A stretch of 55,925 nucleotides of DNA from an uncultured Synechococcaceae cyanobacterium (GCA_903934375.1 CAIZNP010000028.1:1-55925), one strand, 5' to 3'; counted from the first letter of the stretch, positions 10,692 through 20,713 are shown. The notes: generated by a model from the letters alone, not told the origin. Made by a program: numbers and translations.

Positions 10692-10755
10692 GGCGGCGAC
10701 GCTAAAGCGGGCGGCATCCCCATAGGCTGATCGCCCCAGCGCCGCTGCGGACGCC

Positions 10756-12987
10756 ATGGCGGACTCCGAGCACCCCTCCAGCGGTGGCGGCTGGCCCCTG
10801 ATCGATGGCTGGGCCCGGGCCACGCTCACGCCGGAGGGGCCGCGGCTGTGGCAAACCCTCAACCATCAGAGCGCCTGCCTGTCGTGCGCCTGGGGCACCG
10901 GCGGCCAGAACGGTGGCTTCCGCGATGAGCTGGGGGAGCCGCTGCAGCGCTGCCTCAAGAGCGTGGAGGCGATCGAGGCGGAACTGCAACCGGCGGTGGA
11001 TCCCTCCGTGTTCGCCGGCCGCTGCCTGGCGGAGCTCCAGCAGCTCGGCTCCGCGGCGTGCGATCGCCTCGGCCGCCTGGATCGGCCGCTGATCCGCCGC
11101 GAGGGCTCGCCCCACTACGAGCCGATCGGTTGGGAGGAGGTGTTCGCGCTGCTGGAGCCGGCCTTCCGCTGCCCGCCGGAGCGGCTGGCCTCCTACAGCT
11201 CCGGCCGCTCCTCCAACGAAGCCGCCTACCTGCTGCAGCTGCTGCTGCGGGCCCTGGGCAGCAACAACCTGGCCGATTGCTCCGACCTCTGCCACGCCCC
11301 CTCCACCCTCGCCCTGCGCCAGGCCTTTGGCAGCGGCACCTCCAACGTCAACCTCGAGGGTCTGCAGCAGGCCGACTGCGTGGTGTTGGTGGGCTCCAAC
11401 GCGCCGGCCAACCACCCGCGCCTGATGAACGAGCTGATCCGCCTGCGGGAGCGCGGCGGGCGCGTGATCGTGATCAATCCGCTGCTGGAGGTGGGGCTGC
11501 TGCGCTTCGGCTCGCCCGCCTTCCCGATCCGCTCGATGCTGCGGGGCTCCGCGATCGCCTCGCTGTTCCTGCAGCCCATCCCTGGCTCCGATGCGGCGGT
11601 GTTCCTGGGCCTGCAGAAGGCGCTGCTCGAGCGGGGCGGCATCGCCTGGGACCTGGTGAAGGCCCACAGCGAGAACTGGGAGGCCGTGATCGCTCAGATC
11701 GAGGGCACGGGCTGGGAGGCGATCAGCGCCTGCTGCGGCCTCAGCCGCGAGGAGCTGGAGGCGGCGGCGCGGGTGATTCAGGAGTCCAGCGCCGTGGTGT
11801 TCGCGTGGGCAATGGGCATCACCCACCACGCCAATGGCACCGCCAACGTGCAGGCCATCGCCAATACCGCCGTGCTCAGCGGTCATGTGGGCCGGCCCGG
11901 GGCGGGCACGATGCCGATCCGCGGCCACTCCAACGTGCAGGGCTTCGGCTCGATGGGGGTGACGGTGCACCTCTGCGATGCCCTGCGCCAGGCCCTGGAG
12001 GCGCTGCTGGGCCAGCCGATCAGCCCGCGCCAGGGCTACGACACCCGCGCCCTCATCGAGGCCGCCGATGCTGGTGCCATCGACACGCTCTTCTGCCTGG
12101 GCGGCAATCTTTTCGGTGCCAACCCAGGCAGCACCCAGGCCGCCCGCGCCCTCGGCCGGATCGACACGGTGGTGTACCTGGCGACCAAGCCCAACACCGG
12201 CCACTTCCATGGGCTGGGGGCGAAGCGCACGCTGCTGCTGCCGGTGTTCAACCGCTTCGAGACGCCGCACCGCACCACGGTGGAATCGGGCAACAACTGG
12301 GTGCGGCTGAATGAACCGGGCCGCACGCACCTGCGCAGCGGCCAGTTGCGCAGCGAGGTGGAGCTGCTGGCGGAGCTGGCCCACCGGCTGCTGGGGGAGA
12401 CGCCGATCCAGTGGCGCCGTCTGCAGGACAGCGCCTACGTGCGCGAGCTGATCGCCCGCACCGTGCCCGGCTATGGGCCGATGGCCGGCATCGACCAGAG
12501 CCGCCAAGAGTTCGAGGTGCAGGGGCGGGTGCTGCACGAACCCCGCTTCAACACCGCCAGCGGCCGGGCGCGGCTGGCTCCGGTGCCCCTGCCCGAGCTG
12601 AGCCTGCCGGGGCCGGAGCATTTCGGTGGCCTGGAACCCACCGAGGCGGGCCTGGTGCTCAGCCTGATTACCGCCCGCAGCTACGGCCAGCACAACACCG
12701 TCGTCTACAAACCGGGCGACGTGTACCGCGGCATGCCGCACCGGAACACGATCCTGATGAACCGGGCTGACCTGGCCGCCTCAGGCCTGCGGGCCCACCA
12801 GCGCGTGCGGGTGCAGGGGGAGGCGGGCCACCTGGAGAACGTGGAGATCATCCCGGGCGAGATCCGCGCCGGCGCGGCGCTGATGTTCTATCCCGAAGCC
12901 AACGTGCTGATGCACGCCGTCTGCGATCCCCAGAGCGGCACGCCCGCCTTCAAACGGGTGCCGGTGCTGGTGCGGGCGATGGCCTGA
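10756..12987 (+). CDS. FdhF/YdeP family molybdopterin oxidoreductase
   Basis: CLSCAWG, YSSGRSSNEAAYL, NNLADCSDLCH, NAPANHPR, WAMGITHH, PIRGHSNVQG, RSYGQHNTVVY, YPEANVL, SGTPAFK. Confidence 0.92.
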   Translation: MADSEHPSSGGGWPLIDGWARATLTPEGPRLWQTLNHQSACLSCAWGTGGQNGGFRDELGEPLQRCLKSVEAIEAELQPAVDPSVFAGRCLAELQQLGSAACDRLGRLDRPLIRREGSPHYEPIGWEEVFALLEPAFRCPPERLASYSSGRSSNEAAYLLQLLLRALGSNNLADCSDLCHAPSTLALRQAFGSGTSNVNLEGLQQADCVVLVGSNAPANHPRLMNELIRLRERGGRVIVINPLLEVGLLRFGSPAFPIRSMLRGSAIASLFLQPIPGSDAAVFLGLQKALLERGGIAWDLVKAHSENWEAVIAQIEGTGWEAISACCGLSREELEAAARVIQESSAVVFAWAMGITHHANGTANVQAIANTAVLSGHVGRPGAGTMPIRGHSNVQGFGSMGVTVHLCDALRQALEALLGQPISPRQGYDTRALIEAADAGAIDTLFCLGGNLFGANPGSTQAARALGRIDTVVYLATKPNTGHFHGLGAKRTLLLPVFNRFETPHRTTVESGNNWVRLNEPGRTHLRSGQLRSEVELLAELAHRLLGETPIQWRRLQDSAYVRELIARTVPGYGPMAGIDQSRQEFEVQGRVLHEPRFNTASGRARLAPVPLPELSLPGPEHFGGLEPTEAGLVLSLITARSYGQHNTVVYKPGDVYRGMPHRNTILMNRADLAASGLRAHQRVRVQGEAGHLENVEIIPGEIRAGAALMFYPEANVLMHAVCDPQSGTPAFKRVPVLVRAMA

Positions 12988-13576
12988 GGGGCCCGCGCAG
13001 GTCCTCCGGCCGGTTGCAGTTGCGCAGGGCCTGAGGATCGAGCGGCACGGGGCGGTGGGGGTGCTGCTCCAGCCAGCCCTGCAGGCGCCGCTCGCCGCTG
13101 CCCACCGCTGCCGCCAGGTGCCGCCGCAGGGCGGCCTCGGCCGGCAGGACCGCCAGCAGCGGCTGCAGCCGCTCCCCGTCCTGGGCCAGGTGGATGGTGA
13201 CGGGCGCCGCGTCCGCCGCGCGCCGCAGGGCCTGCAGGGCGGAGCTGGTGAGATCGGGCATGTCCACCGGGCAGAGCAGCAGCCGCTGCTCCGGATGGCG
13301 CTCCATCAGCCGGTGCAGCGCCAGCAGCGGCCCCTCCCAGGGGGGCGGCTCGGCCAGGACCTCCAGCTGCGGCAGTTCCATCGCCCGGGCCAGGTGCTGG
13401 TGCTCACGATGGCGGCTCAGCAGGCTGATCGGCACCGCCAGCTCCCCCAGCAGCCGCAGGCTGTGCTCCAGCCAGGTGCCCCCCTCCGGATGGGGCAGCA
13501 GGGCCTTGTCCGTGCCCATGCGCCGGCTTGCGCCGCCGCTGAGCAGGCAGGCCCGCAGGGGTGCACTGTCTGGCAC
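12950..13576 (-). CDS. mobA: Molybdenum cofactor guanylyltransferase MobA
   Basis: [45 protein letters not shown] 13576 chosen as start; ATG 13621 is the alternative. Confidence 0.9.
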   Translation of the reverse strand: MPDSAPLRACLLSGGASRRMGTDKALLPHPEGGTWLEHSLRLLGELAVPISLLSRHREHQHLARAMELPQLEVLAEPPPWEGPLLALHRLMERHPEQRLLLCPVDMPDLTSSALQALRRAADAAPVTIHLAQDGERLQPLLAVLPAEAALRRHLAAAVGSGERRLQGWLEQHPHRPVPLDPQALRNCNRPEDLRGPLRPSPAPAPAPV

Positions 13577-13584
13577 CTGCCTCT

Positions 13585-13626
13585 GTAGCAACGGCTGCGG
13601 GATGGCGGGGTGGCGCTCCATAGGGT
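13585..13626 (+). promoter_or_regulatory. NtcA-type promoter for cynS-narB
   Basis: GTAGCAACGGCTGC (GTA-N8-TGC, one mismatch to GTA-N8-TAC), exactly 22 nt, then TAGGGT (TAN3T); this is the canonical NtcA class II architecture. Confidence 0.75.
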
Positions 13627-13658
13627 CCGCCGGTTCCGGATGCCGCTGCGGCGTTTCC

Positions 13659-14117
13659 ATGCCACTGTCCCCTCTTGCCACCACCCTGCTGGCCGCCAAG
13701 CGCCGGCTCGGCCTCAGCTTCGCCGATCTCGGAGCGCCGCTGGGGGTGGATGAGGTGTGGATCGCGGCCCTGATCCACGGCCAGGCCACCGCCAGCCCCG
13801 AGGAGGCCCGCGCCCTGCTGGCCGCCCTGCAGCTGGAGGGCACGCCCGAGGCGGAGGGCCTGCAGCAGCAGCTCAGCACATATCCGGTGAAGGGGGCCCT
13901 GGAGCCGGTGATCCCCACCGATCCGCTGCTCTATCGCTTCTTCGAGATCCTGCAGGTCTACGGCCTGCCCCTCAAGGACGTGATCCAGGAGAAGTGCGGC
14001 GACGGCATCATGTCGGCCATCGACTTCATTCTCACCGTCGACAAACAGCCCGACCCCAAGGGCGATCGGGTGGTGGTGACGATGAACGGCAAGTTCCTGC
14101 CCTACCGCAAGTGGTGA
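13659..14117 (+). CDS. cynS: Cyanase
   Basis: [13 protein letters not shown]...[17 protein letters not shown]...[13 protein letters not shown]...GKFLPYRKW. Confidence 0.96.
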   Translation: MPLSPLATTLLAAKRRLGLSFADLGAPLGVDEVWIAALIHGQATASPEEARALLAALQLEGTPEAEGLQQQLSTYPVKGALEPVIPTDPLLYRFFEILQVYGLPLKDVIQEKCGDGIMSAIDFILTVDKQPDPKGDRVVVTMNGKFLPYRKW

Positions 14118-14158
14118 ACCCGGCTGGGCCGCCTTGGTCCAATGCAGGGCCAACGATT

Positions 14159-16351
14159 GTGCCGGTTCTGCCTGATCCCGCCCCTGCCGCTGATCAGCCG
14201 GCCGCGGCCGCGCCCGCCCGGGCCCAGTGCCCCTACTGCGGGGTGGGCTGCGGCCTGGAGCTGAAGCCGCCGGCGGCGGACGCCGCCGATCCCGCCTGGG
14301 GCACCCGCGGCGATCGCCACCACCCCTCCTCCCTGGGGCAGGTGTGCGTCAAGGGGGCCACGGTGGGCGAAACCCTGCACCACAACCGGCTCACCACGCC
14401 GCTCTGGCGCGAGCGCCTCGATCAGCCGTTCACGCCGATCAGCTGGGAGCGGGCCTTCACGCTGCTGGTGAGCCGGATCCGCGCCACCCTCGAAAGCCAG
14501 GGGCCGGGGGGGCTGGCCATCTACGGCTCGGGCCAGTTCCTCAGCGAGGACTACTACGTGGCCAACAAGCTGCTCAAGGGGGCCCTGGGCAGTAACAACT
14601 TCGATGCCAATTCGCGGCTGTGCATGAGCTCGGCGGTGGCCGGCTATGCCCGCAGCCTCGGCTCCGACGGCCCCCCCTGCTGCTACGACGACCTCGACCT
14701 CGCCGATCTGGTGCTGCTGATCGGCACCAACACCGCCGAGTGCCATCCGGTGCTGTTCCAGCGCCTGCTCAAGCGCAAGCGCAAGGCCAACACCGCCCTG
14801 CGCCTGGTGGTGGTGGATCCCCGCCACACCGCCACCGCCGAGGCGGCGGATCTGCACCTGCCGATCCGCCCGGGCACCGACCTGGCCCTGCTCTGCGGCA
14901 TCGGTCATCTGCTGCTGGAGCTGCAGGCCCTTGATCAGCCGTTCATCGCCACCCACACCGAGGGCTACGGCGAGCTGGAGGCGCTGTGGCGGCAGTGGAC
15001 GCCGCAGCGGGCGAGCGATCTGTGCGGCATCGCCGAAGCCGACCTGCGCCAGCTGGCCCTCTGGTGGGCCGAGGCGGCCGGGGTGCTGAGCCTGTGGTCG
15101 ATGGGGGTGAACCAGAGCCGCGAGGGCACCGCCACCGTGGCCGGCATCATCAACCTGCACCTGGTGAGCGGCCAGATCGGCCGGCCCGGCGCCGGACCGT
15201 TCTCGCTCACCGGCCAGCCCAACGCCATGGGCGGCCGTGAGGTGGGCGGTCTGGCCCAGCTGCTGCCCGGTTACCGCAGCGTGGCCAACCCCGAGCACCG
15301 CGCCGAGCTGGAGCGCCACTGGGGTGTGGCACCGGGCTCGATCGCCCCGCAGCCCGGCCTGGCGGTGTGGGAGCAGATCGAGGCGATGGAGCGCGGCGAG
15401 CTGGGGCTGTGGTGGGTGGCGGCCACCAACCCGCTGGTGAGCATGCCGTCGCTGGATCGGGTGCGGGCGGCGGCGGCCCGCTGCCCGCTGGTGGTGCTGA
15501 GCGAGGCCTATGCCGGCACGGAAACCGCGGCGGTGGCCCACCTGCTGCTGCCGGCCGCCCAGTGGAGCGAGAAGAGCGGTGTGATGACCAACTCCGAGCG
15601 GCGCGTCACCCTCTGCCCGGCCTTCCGTCAGCCCCCCGGTGAGGCCCGGCCCGACTGGGCGATCTTCGCCGAGCTGGGACGGCGCCTCGGCTTCGTCGAT
15701 CAGTTCAGCTACGGCTCCGCCGCGGAGGTGTATGCCGAGTTCACGGCGATCACCGCCGGGCGCCTCTGCGATCTCAGCGGCCTCAGCCATGCCCTGCTGG
15801 CGGAGCACGGCCCGCAGCAGTGGCCCTTCCCCGCCGGCACCGCCCCCGGCGGCGGCCGTGCCCGCCTCTACACCCCCGAGGAACCCTGGCCGGCGGCGCC
15901 GGCCGGCCATCGCTTTCCCTCCGCCAACGGCCGCGCCCGGCTGCTGGCGGAGCCGCCCCTCGGCCTGGCGGAACCCCCCTGCGACGCCTACCCGCTGGTC
16001 CTCACCGTGGGCCGCTATCTCGGCCATTGGCACACCATGACCCGCACCGCCCATGTGGCGCGCATCAGCAGGCAGCACCCCGAGCCGCTGCTGGAGGTGA
16101 ACCCGCACGACGCCGATCGCCATGGCCTGGTCGATGGCGAGGAGGCGGAGCTCACCTCCCGCCGGGGCAGCCTGACGGCGCGGGTGCAGGTGACTGAACG
16201 GATTCGCCCCGGCACCGTGTTTTTGCCGATGCACTGGGGCGCAAGCCAGGCCAACCCCTGTGAGGCCAACCGGCTGATGCACGAGGAGGCCTGCGATCAT
16301 TCCAAGCAGCCCGAGCTCAAGGCTGCGGCGGTGCGGGTGCGGCCGGCCTAG
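14159..16351 (+). CDS. narB: Ferredoxin-dependent assimilatory nitrate reductase NarB
   Basis: CPYCGVGCG...CVKG, SGQFLSEDYY, NNFDANSRLCMSSA, SMGVNQS, LTGQPNAMGGRE, TNSERR, HWHTMTRT, SKQPELKA. Start uncertain (GTG 14159 or GTG 14114 overlapping the cynS stop). Confidence 0.96.
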   Translation: MPVLPDPAPAADQPAAAAPARAQCPYCGVGCGLELKPPAADAADPAWGTRGDRHHPSSLGQVCVKGATVGETLHHNRLTTPLWRERLDQPFTPISWERAFTLLVSRIRATLESQGPGGLAIYGSGQFLSEDYYVANKLLKGALGSNNFDANSRLCMSSAVAGYARSLGSDGPPCCYDDLDLADLVLLIGTNTAECHPVLFQRLLKRKRKANTALRLVVVDPRHTATAEAADLHLPIRPGTDLALLCGIGHLLLELQALDQPFIATHTEGYGELEALWRQWTPQRASDLCGIAEADLRQLALWWAEAAGVLSLWSMGVNQSREGTATVAGIINLHLVSGQIGRPGAGPFSLTGQPNAMGGREVGGLAQLLPGYRSVANPEHRAELERHWGVAPGSIAPQPGLAVWEQIEAMERGELGLWWVAATNPLVSMPSLDRVRAAAARCPLVVLSEAYAGTETAAVAHLLLPAAQWSEKSGVMTNSERRVTLCPAFRQPPGEARPDWAIFAELGRRLGFVDQFSYGSAAEVYAEFTAITAGRLCDLSGLSHALLAEHGPQQWPFPAGTAPGGGRARLYTPEEPWPAAPAGHRFPSANGRARLLAEPPLGLAEPPCDAYPLVLTVGRYLGHWHTMTRTAHVARISRQHPEPLLEVNPHDADRHGLVDGEEAELTSRRGSLTARVQVTERIRPGTVFLPMHWGASQANPCEANRLMHEEACDHSKQPELKAAAVRVRPA

Positions 16352-16956
16352 CCCTCCACCAGCGCCGGGGCGATGCGCAGGCAGCGCTGCGGGCCTTCGT
16401 CTTGCTCGATCAGCCCCTGGTCGCGCCAGCGGGAGAGCTGGCGGGTCACCGTGACGCGGGTGTGGCCGCTGAGCTCCGCCAGCTCCGCGTGGGTGAGGCG
16501 GATCGGCAGCTCATACCAGGAGCCACGCCGGTGCCCCAGCCGCTGCACCAGCAGCTGCAGCAGGGCGGCGATGCGCTGCTCCGCCTCCCCCAGGTGACGG
16601 ATCATCAGCAGGGCAACGGTCCAGTCGTGCAGGCTGCTGGCCCCGGCGGGGGGTAGCGGCGGGCAACCGGCCTCCAGCTCGCTGGGGGTCAGGGCCTGCA
16701 GGTGCAGACGGCTGGTGCGCAGCAGATCGAGCGGCAGGTGGTCGCCCGCCTGCAGGAAGCCCAGGGTGATCGTGTTGGCTTCGAGGGCCTCCTGCTCAGG
16801 CCGGGAGATGGCCACCCGCACCAGGCCAGCGGCGATGCTCAGGCAGCTGTCGCGCAGCAGCAGCCGCTCATCGAGCAGCACCGTATGGCCGGCGCGGATG
16901 CGCAGGTTGGTGGGGCAGGTGGGGGCTTCGGCGGCCGTTGCCTCAGTCGTCGTCAT
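16348..16956 (-). CDS. Crp/Fnr family transcriptional regulator (NtcA-like HTH)
   Basis: ITLGFLQAGD effector-domain remnant; AEQRIAALL; HTH LTHAELAELSGHTRVTVTRQL; start overlaps the nrtD stop. Confidence 0.9.
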   Translation of the reverse strand: MTTTEATAAEAPTCPTNLRIRAGHTVLLDERLLLRDSCLSIAAGLVRVAISRPEQEALEANTITLGFLQAGDHLPLDLLRTSRLHLQALTPSELEAGCPPLPPAGASSLHDWTVALLMIRHLGEAEQRIAALLQLLVQRLGHRRGSWYELPIRLTHAELAELSGHTRVTVTRQLSRWRDQGLIEQDEGPQRCLRIAPALVEG

Positions 16957-17785
16957 GGGCGTAACGGCGATAGAGGAAGTCGAGGGCGTGGTTGCGCAGC
17001 TGGCCGTAGCGCGGATCCTCCTGGATCGACTCGTAGCTGCGGGGCCGCTCGAAGGGCACGGTCATCACCTCGCCGATGGTGGCGGAGGGGCCGTTGGTCA
17101 TCATCACGACGCGGTCGGAAAGGAACAGGGCCTCGTCGATGTCGTGGGTGATCATCAGCACGGTGGGCTTGTGCTCGCGCCAGATCGCCAGCAGCTCCTC
17201 CTGCAGCTCCTCCTTGGTGATGGCATCGAGGGCGCCGAACGGTTCATCGAGCACCAATACCTCCGGCTGCACGGCCAGGGCGCGGGCGATCGCCACCCGC
17301 TGGCGCATGCCCCCGGAGATCTGGGCGGGCCGCTTGTGGCGGGCCTCCAGCAGACCCACCATCTCCAGGTGGTGCTCGATCACCTGCGCCCGGGTGCCGG
17401 GGGCCAGCTCGGGGCGGGCGGCCTTCACCGCCAGAGCCACGTTCTGCTCCACCGTTTTCCAGGGCAGGAGCGAGTAGTTCTGGAACACCACCATCCGGTC
17501 GGGGCCGGGGCGCTCGATCGGCACATCCCGCAGGGTGACGCAGCCGCTGCTGGGCTGCAGGAAGCCCGACACCATGTTGAGCAGGGTGCTCTTGCCGCAG
17601 CCGGAGTGGCCGATCACACAGACGAACTCGCCCCGGCTCACCTCGAGGTTGATGCCCTGGAGCGCCTCGAACGGGCCTCGGCGGGTCTGGAACACCTGGC
17701 CCACATTGCGGAAGGCGAGGAAGGCGTCGCTGGGGTCGGTCGCTGCCGCCGGCTGGGAGGGGGTGCTGGTCATGGCAAGGGTCAT
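16943..17785 (-). CDS. nrtD: Nitrate/nitrite ABC transporter ATP-binding protein NrtD
   Basis: GHSGCGKST, PGPDRMVVFQNYSLLPW, ISGGMRQR, LDEPFGALDAITKEELQ; start 17785 or 17773. Confidence 0.93.
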   Translation of the reverse strand: MTLAMTSTPSQPAAATDPSDAFLAFRNVGQVFQTRRGPFEALQGINLEVSRGEFVCVIGHSGCGKSTLLNMVSGFLQPSSGCVTLRDVPIERPGPDRMVVFQNYSLLPWKTVEQNVALAVKAARPELAPGTRAQVIEHHLEMVGLLEARHKRPAQISGGMRQRVAIARALAVQPEVLVLDEPFGALDAITKEELQEELLAIWREHKPTVLMITHDIDEALFLSDRVVMMTNGPSATIGEVMTVPFERPRSYESIQEDPRYGQLRNHALDFLYRRYAHDDD

Positions 17786-17786
17786 C

Positions 17787-19811
17787 TCAGCGGGTGGCGA
17801 GGGTGCGGTCGGCGGCACCGGAGGGCAGCGGCACCGGTTCAGTGGCGGTGGCAGCGCTGAAGGGCAGGGCGCTCAGATAGGCGAGCGGATCGTCCTGGTC
17901 GAAGGCGAGACCATCGGCCAGGAGGAATGGCTGGCGCTCCGGCCGCAGGGCGGCGAAGCCGGCCCGCTCCAGAGCGCGGTTGCACAGGTCGTTGCGGTAC
18001 ACCTGGCTGAGCAGCTCAACGCGGTTGCTGGGGAAGACGCTTCGCCCCCACCGGCTGAACTGGCTGAGGATCCAGGCCCCCTCGGCGCTGTTGGCCACGT
18101 GGGCCCGGTCGCTGTGGAAGCGGTTGAGCGGCATTCGCTCGCCGCTGGGTGTGCCCAGCCCCAGGTCGAACTGGCGCTGCAGGGCGACGGCGGAGCCGCT
18201 GCCTAGCCACTGGGGACGGCTGAGCAGACCTACCAGGCTGTCGTGCTGGCCGCCGTCGTCGCAGATCTGGGCACCGCGCATCAGGGCGGCGCAGAAGGTG
18301 AGCAGCGCCTCCTCGTGGTTGGCGGCCCAGCCCTCGTGGCAAGTGAGCACCTTCTCCGGGTGGCCGCTCCAGATGTCGAGATCGGTGGCCAGCACGTAGG
18401 CCAGGCCCGCCTCCACCGCCTTGGCCACCCGGAAGCGGCCGGCGATGAAGCCGTCGATCTCACCGGAGAGCAAGGCGGCCTGCATCGCCATCGGCGAGAG
18501 GGTCTGGAACTCCACCTCCCGTTCAGGGTCGATGCCGCCGCTGGCCAGCCAGTGGCGCAGCAGCAGCTCCTGCATGCTGCCGGCCTGGGCGATCGCCAGC
18601 CGCAGGGGCGATTCGCGCCCCTGCACCCGGGCGGCCAGGCTTCGCAGATCGCGCACATCCAGCTCGAGGAACCGTCGCGCCAGGCAGAGGGCGTTGCCGT
18701 TGCGGGTCACCGTCATCGGTGTGATCGCCGGCCAGGCCGGCTGGCCCCCCAGCCCCAGCGTCAACGCCAGGGGGGTGGTGGCAGAGGTGATCGCCAGATC
18801 GAGATCGCCGGCCTGCAGCTTCTCCTCCAGCTGCTGCCAGCGGTTGAAGCTCACCGGCATCACCTGCAGGTTGGCCTCGCGGAAGAAGCCGCGATCGAGG
18901 GCCACCGCCAGCGGGGCGATGTCCAGACCGGGCACGTAGCCCACCCGCAGGCGCTGGGGCGCGCTGGCGGGCACGTGGAGGCTGGCGGGCACGGCAACGC
19001 TGGCGGCGCTGCTGCGTTGCCGTTGCTTGAGGCGGCGCTGCTGCTGCAGGAAGCCGATCAGTTCGCTGCGCAGCTTGTAGTAGTCCGGGTGCTCCATCAC
19101 CTCCAGCCGCTGGCGCGGCCGGGGCAGGTTCACTTTGAGGATCTGGCCGATGCCCGCCTCGGGACCGTTGGTCAGGCACACCACCCGGTCGGAGAGCAGC
19201 AGTGCCTCGTCCACGTCGTGGGTCACCATCACCGTGGTGACGCCGGCCTGCTGGCAGATCTGCATCAGCTGCTGCTGCAGGTTGCCGCGGGTGAGGGCGT
19301 CGAGGGCGCCGAAGGGTTCATCGAGCAGCAGCAGCTTGGGCTCGATCGAGAGGGCGCGAGCGATCGCCACCCGCTGCTTCATGCCGCCGGAGAGTTCGGC
19401 CGGCAGCTTGTCGGCGGCATGGGCCAGCCCCACCCGCTGGATGTTGCGCTCCACCCGCTCGCGCCGCTCAGCTTCGGAGGCGCCGCGTATCACGTTGTTC
19501 ACCGCCAGGGCGATGTTCTGGCGCACGGTCTGCCAGGGCAGCAGCGAATAGTTCTGGAACACCACCATCCGATCCGGACCCGGATCGGTGATCTGGCGTC
19601 CTCCCATCAGGATCCCGCCGCTGCTGGCCTGGGTGAGGCCGGCCAAGAGATGGAGCAGGGTGCTCTTGCCGCAGCCGGAGTGGCCGATCAGCGAGACGAA
19701 TTCACCTTGATCAATGTTGAGGTCGATGCCCTTGAGGGCCACATAGCGGCCGCCGCCATCGAGGGGGAAGGCCTGGGTGACGTCGTCAACCGTGAGAAAG
19801 GCCGGCGCCAT
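17787..19811 (-). CDS. nrtC: Nitrate/nitrite ABC transporter ATP-binding protein NrtC (with C-terminal NrtA-like domain)
   Basis: N-terminal ABC domain (GHSGCGKST, LSGGMKQR, LTRGNLQ) plus about 400-aa C-terminal SBP-like domain (RNGNAL, IWSGHPEKVL). Confidence 0.93.
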   Translation of the reverse strand: MAPAFLTVDDVTQAFPLDGGGRYVALKGIDLNIDQGEFVSLIGHSGCGKSTLLHLLAGLTQASSGGILMGGRQITDPGPDRMVVFQNYSLLPWQTVRQNIALAVNNVIRGASEAERRERVERNIQRVGLAHAADKLPAELSGGMKQRVAIARALSIEPKLLLLDEPFGALDALTRGNLQQQLMQICQQAGVTTVMVTHDVDEALLLSDRVVCLTNGPEAGIGQILKVNLPRPRQRLEVMEHPDYYKLRSELIGFLQQQRRLKQRQRSSAASVAVPASLHVPASAPQRLRVGYVPGLDIAPLAVALDRGFFREANLQVMPVSFNRWQQLEEKLQAGDLDLAITSATTPLALTLGLGGQPAWPAITPMTVTRNGNALCLARRFLELDVRDLRSLAARVQGRESPLRLAIAQAGSMQELLLRHWLASGGIDPEREVEFQTLSPMAMQAALLSGEIDGFIAGRFRVAKAVEAGLAYVLATDLDIWSGHPEKVLTCHEGWAANHEEALLTFCAALMRGAQICDDGGQHDSLVGLLSRPQWLGSGSAVALQRQFDLGLGTPSGERMPLNRFHSDRAHVANSAEGAWILSQFSRWGRSVFPSNRVELLSQVYRNDLCNRALERAGFAALRPERQPFLLADGLAFDQDDPLAYLSALPFSAATATEPVPLPSGAADRTLATR

Positions 19812-19812
19812 G

Positions 19813-20655
19813 TCAGTTGCCCCCCTTGGCGATCACACGGCCGGCCCAGGCCACGAGGCGATCGAGGGCCAGGCCCACCAGACCCACGTACAGGATGGCC
19901 AGGATGATCTGACTGGAGCTGGAATCGCCACCGGCGTTATAGGCATCCCAGATGAAGTAGCCGATGCCACCGTCGGCCTTGAGCATCTCGGCGGCCACGA
20001 TCGCCAGCCAGGCCAGGCCCACCGAGATGCGCAGGCCGGTGAACACGTAGGGCACCGTGGCCGGGATCACAATCTCGCGGATGTAGGCCCCTTTGCGCAG
20101 TCGCAGCACGCGGGCGACGTTGGTGTAGTCCTGCGGGATCTCGCGGATGCCGACAGCCGTGTTGATGATGATCGGCCAGATGGCGGTGATGAAGATCACG
20201 AAGATCGCCGAGCTGTTGGCGTCCTGGAACACCATCAGTGAGATCGGGAACCATGCCAGTGGCGGCACGGTGCGCAGCACCTGGATCACCGGATCGAGGC
20301 CCTTGCCGATGAAGCGATTCAGGCCCAGCAGGCCTCCGATGGCGATGCCCACCACCGCTGCCAGGCCATAGCCCAGCGCCACCCGCTGCAGCGAGATCAG
20401 GATCTGCCAGCCCAGGCCCTTGCTGGTGCCGCCGTCGTCGAAGAACGGCTGGCTGATGTAGGGATCCCAGGTTTCCACCACCACGTTGATCGGCCCTGGC
20501 AGACGGGCGCTGCCGAGCACCAGCGACAACAGCTGCCACACCACCAGGAAACCGCCGATGCAGATCAGGTAGGGCATGAAGGCCCGCAGGCCGGGGTTGA
20601 GCCGGCTCAGGGCTGCCGGCCTCCGCGAACGGGAGGTGGGGGTGAGGGTGGTCAT
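19813..20655 (-). CDS. nrtB: Nitrate/nitrite ABC transporter permease NrtB
   Basis: KGLGWQILISLQRV, QVLRTVPPLAW, IWPIIINTAVG, LAWLAIVAAEML. Confidence 0.94.
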   Translation of the reverse strand: MTTLTPTSRSRRPAALSRLNPGLRAFMPYLICIGGFLVVWQLLSLVLGSARLPGPINVVVETWDPYISQPFFDDGGTSKGLGWQILISLQRVALGYGLAAVVGIAIGGLLGLNRFIGKGLDPVIQVLRTVPPLAWFPISLMVFQDANSSAIFVIFITAIWPIIINTAVGIREIPQDYTNVARVLRLRKGAYIREIVIPATVPYVFTGLRISVGLAWLAIVAAEMLKADGGIGYFIWDAYNAGGDSSSSQIILAILYVGLVGLALDRLVAWAGRVIAKGGN

Positions 20656-20687
20656 CGCGGGAATGAACAGCGGACGATGGGGCGAAT

Positions 20688-20713
20688 CCCCGGTGCCCTG
20701 CGCGGCACCGGGG
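20688..20713 (-). other. Stem-loop between nrtA and nrtB (mRNA-stabilising or attenuating hairpin)
   Basis: CCCCGGTGCC-ctgcgc-GGCACCGGGG, a perfect 10-bp stem. Confidence 0.55.

Noticed and set aside
16348-16956. Calling the Crp regulator ntcA itself
   Set aside because: Only the recognition helix matches; the rest lacks the highly conserved NtcA sequence.
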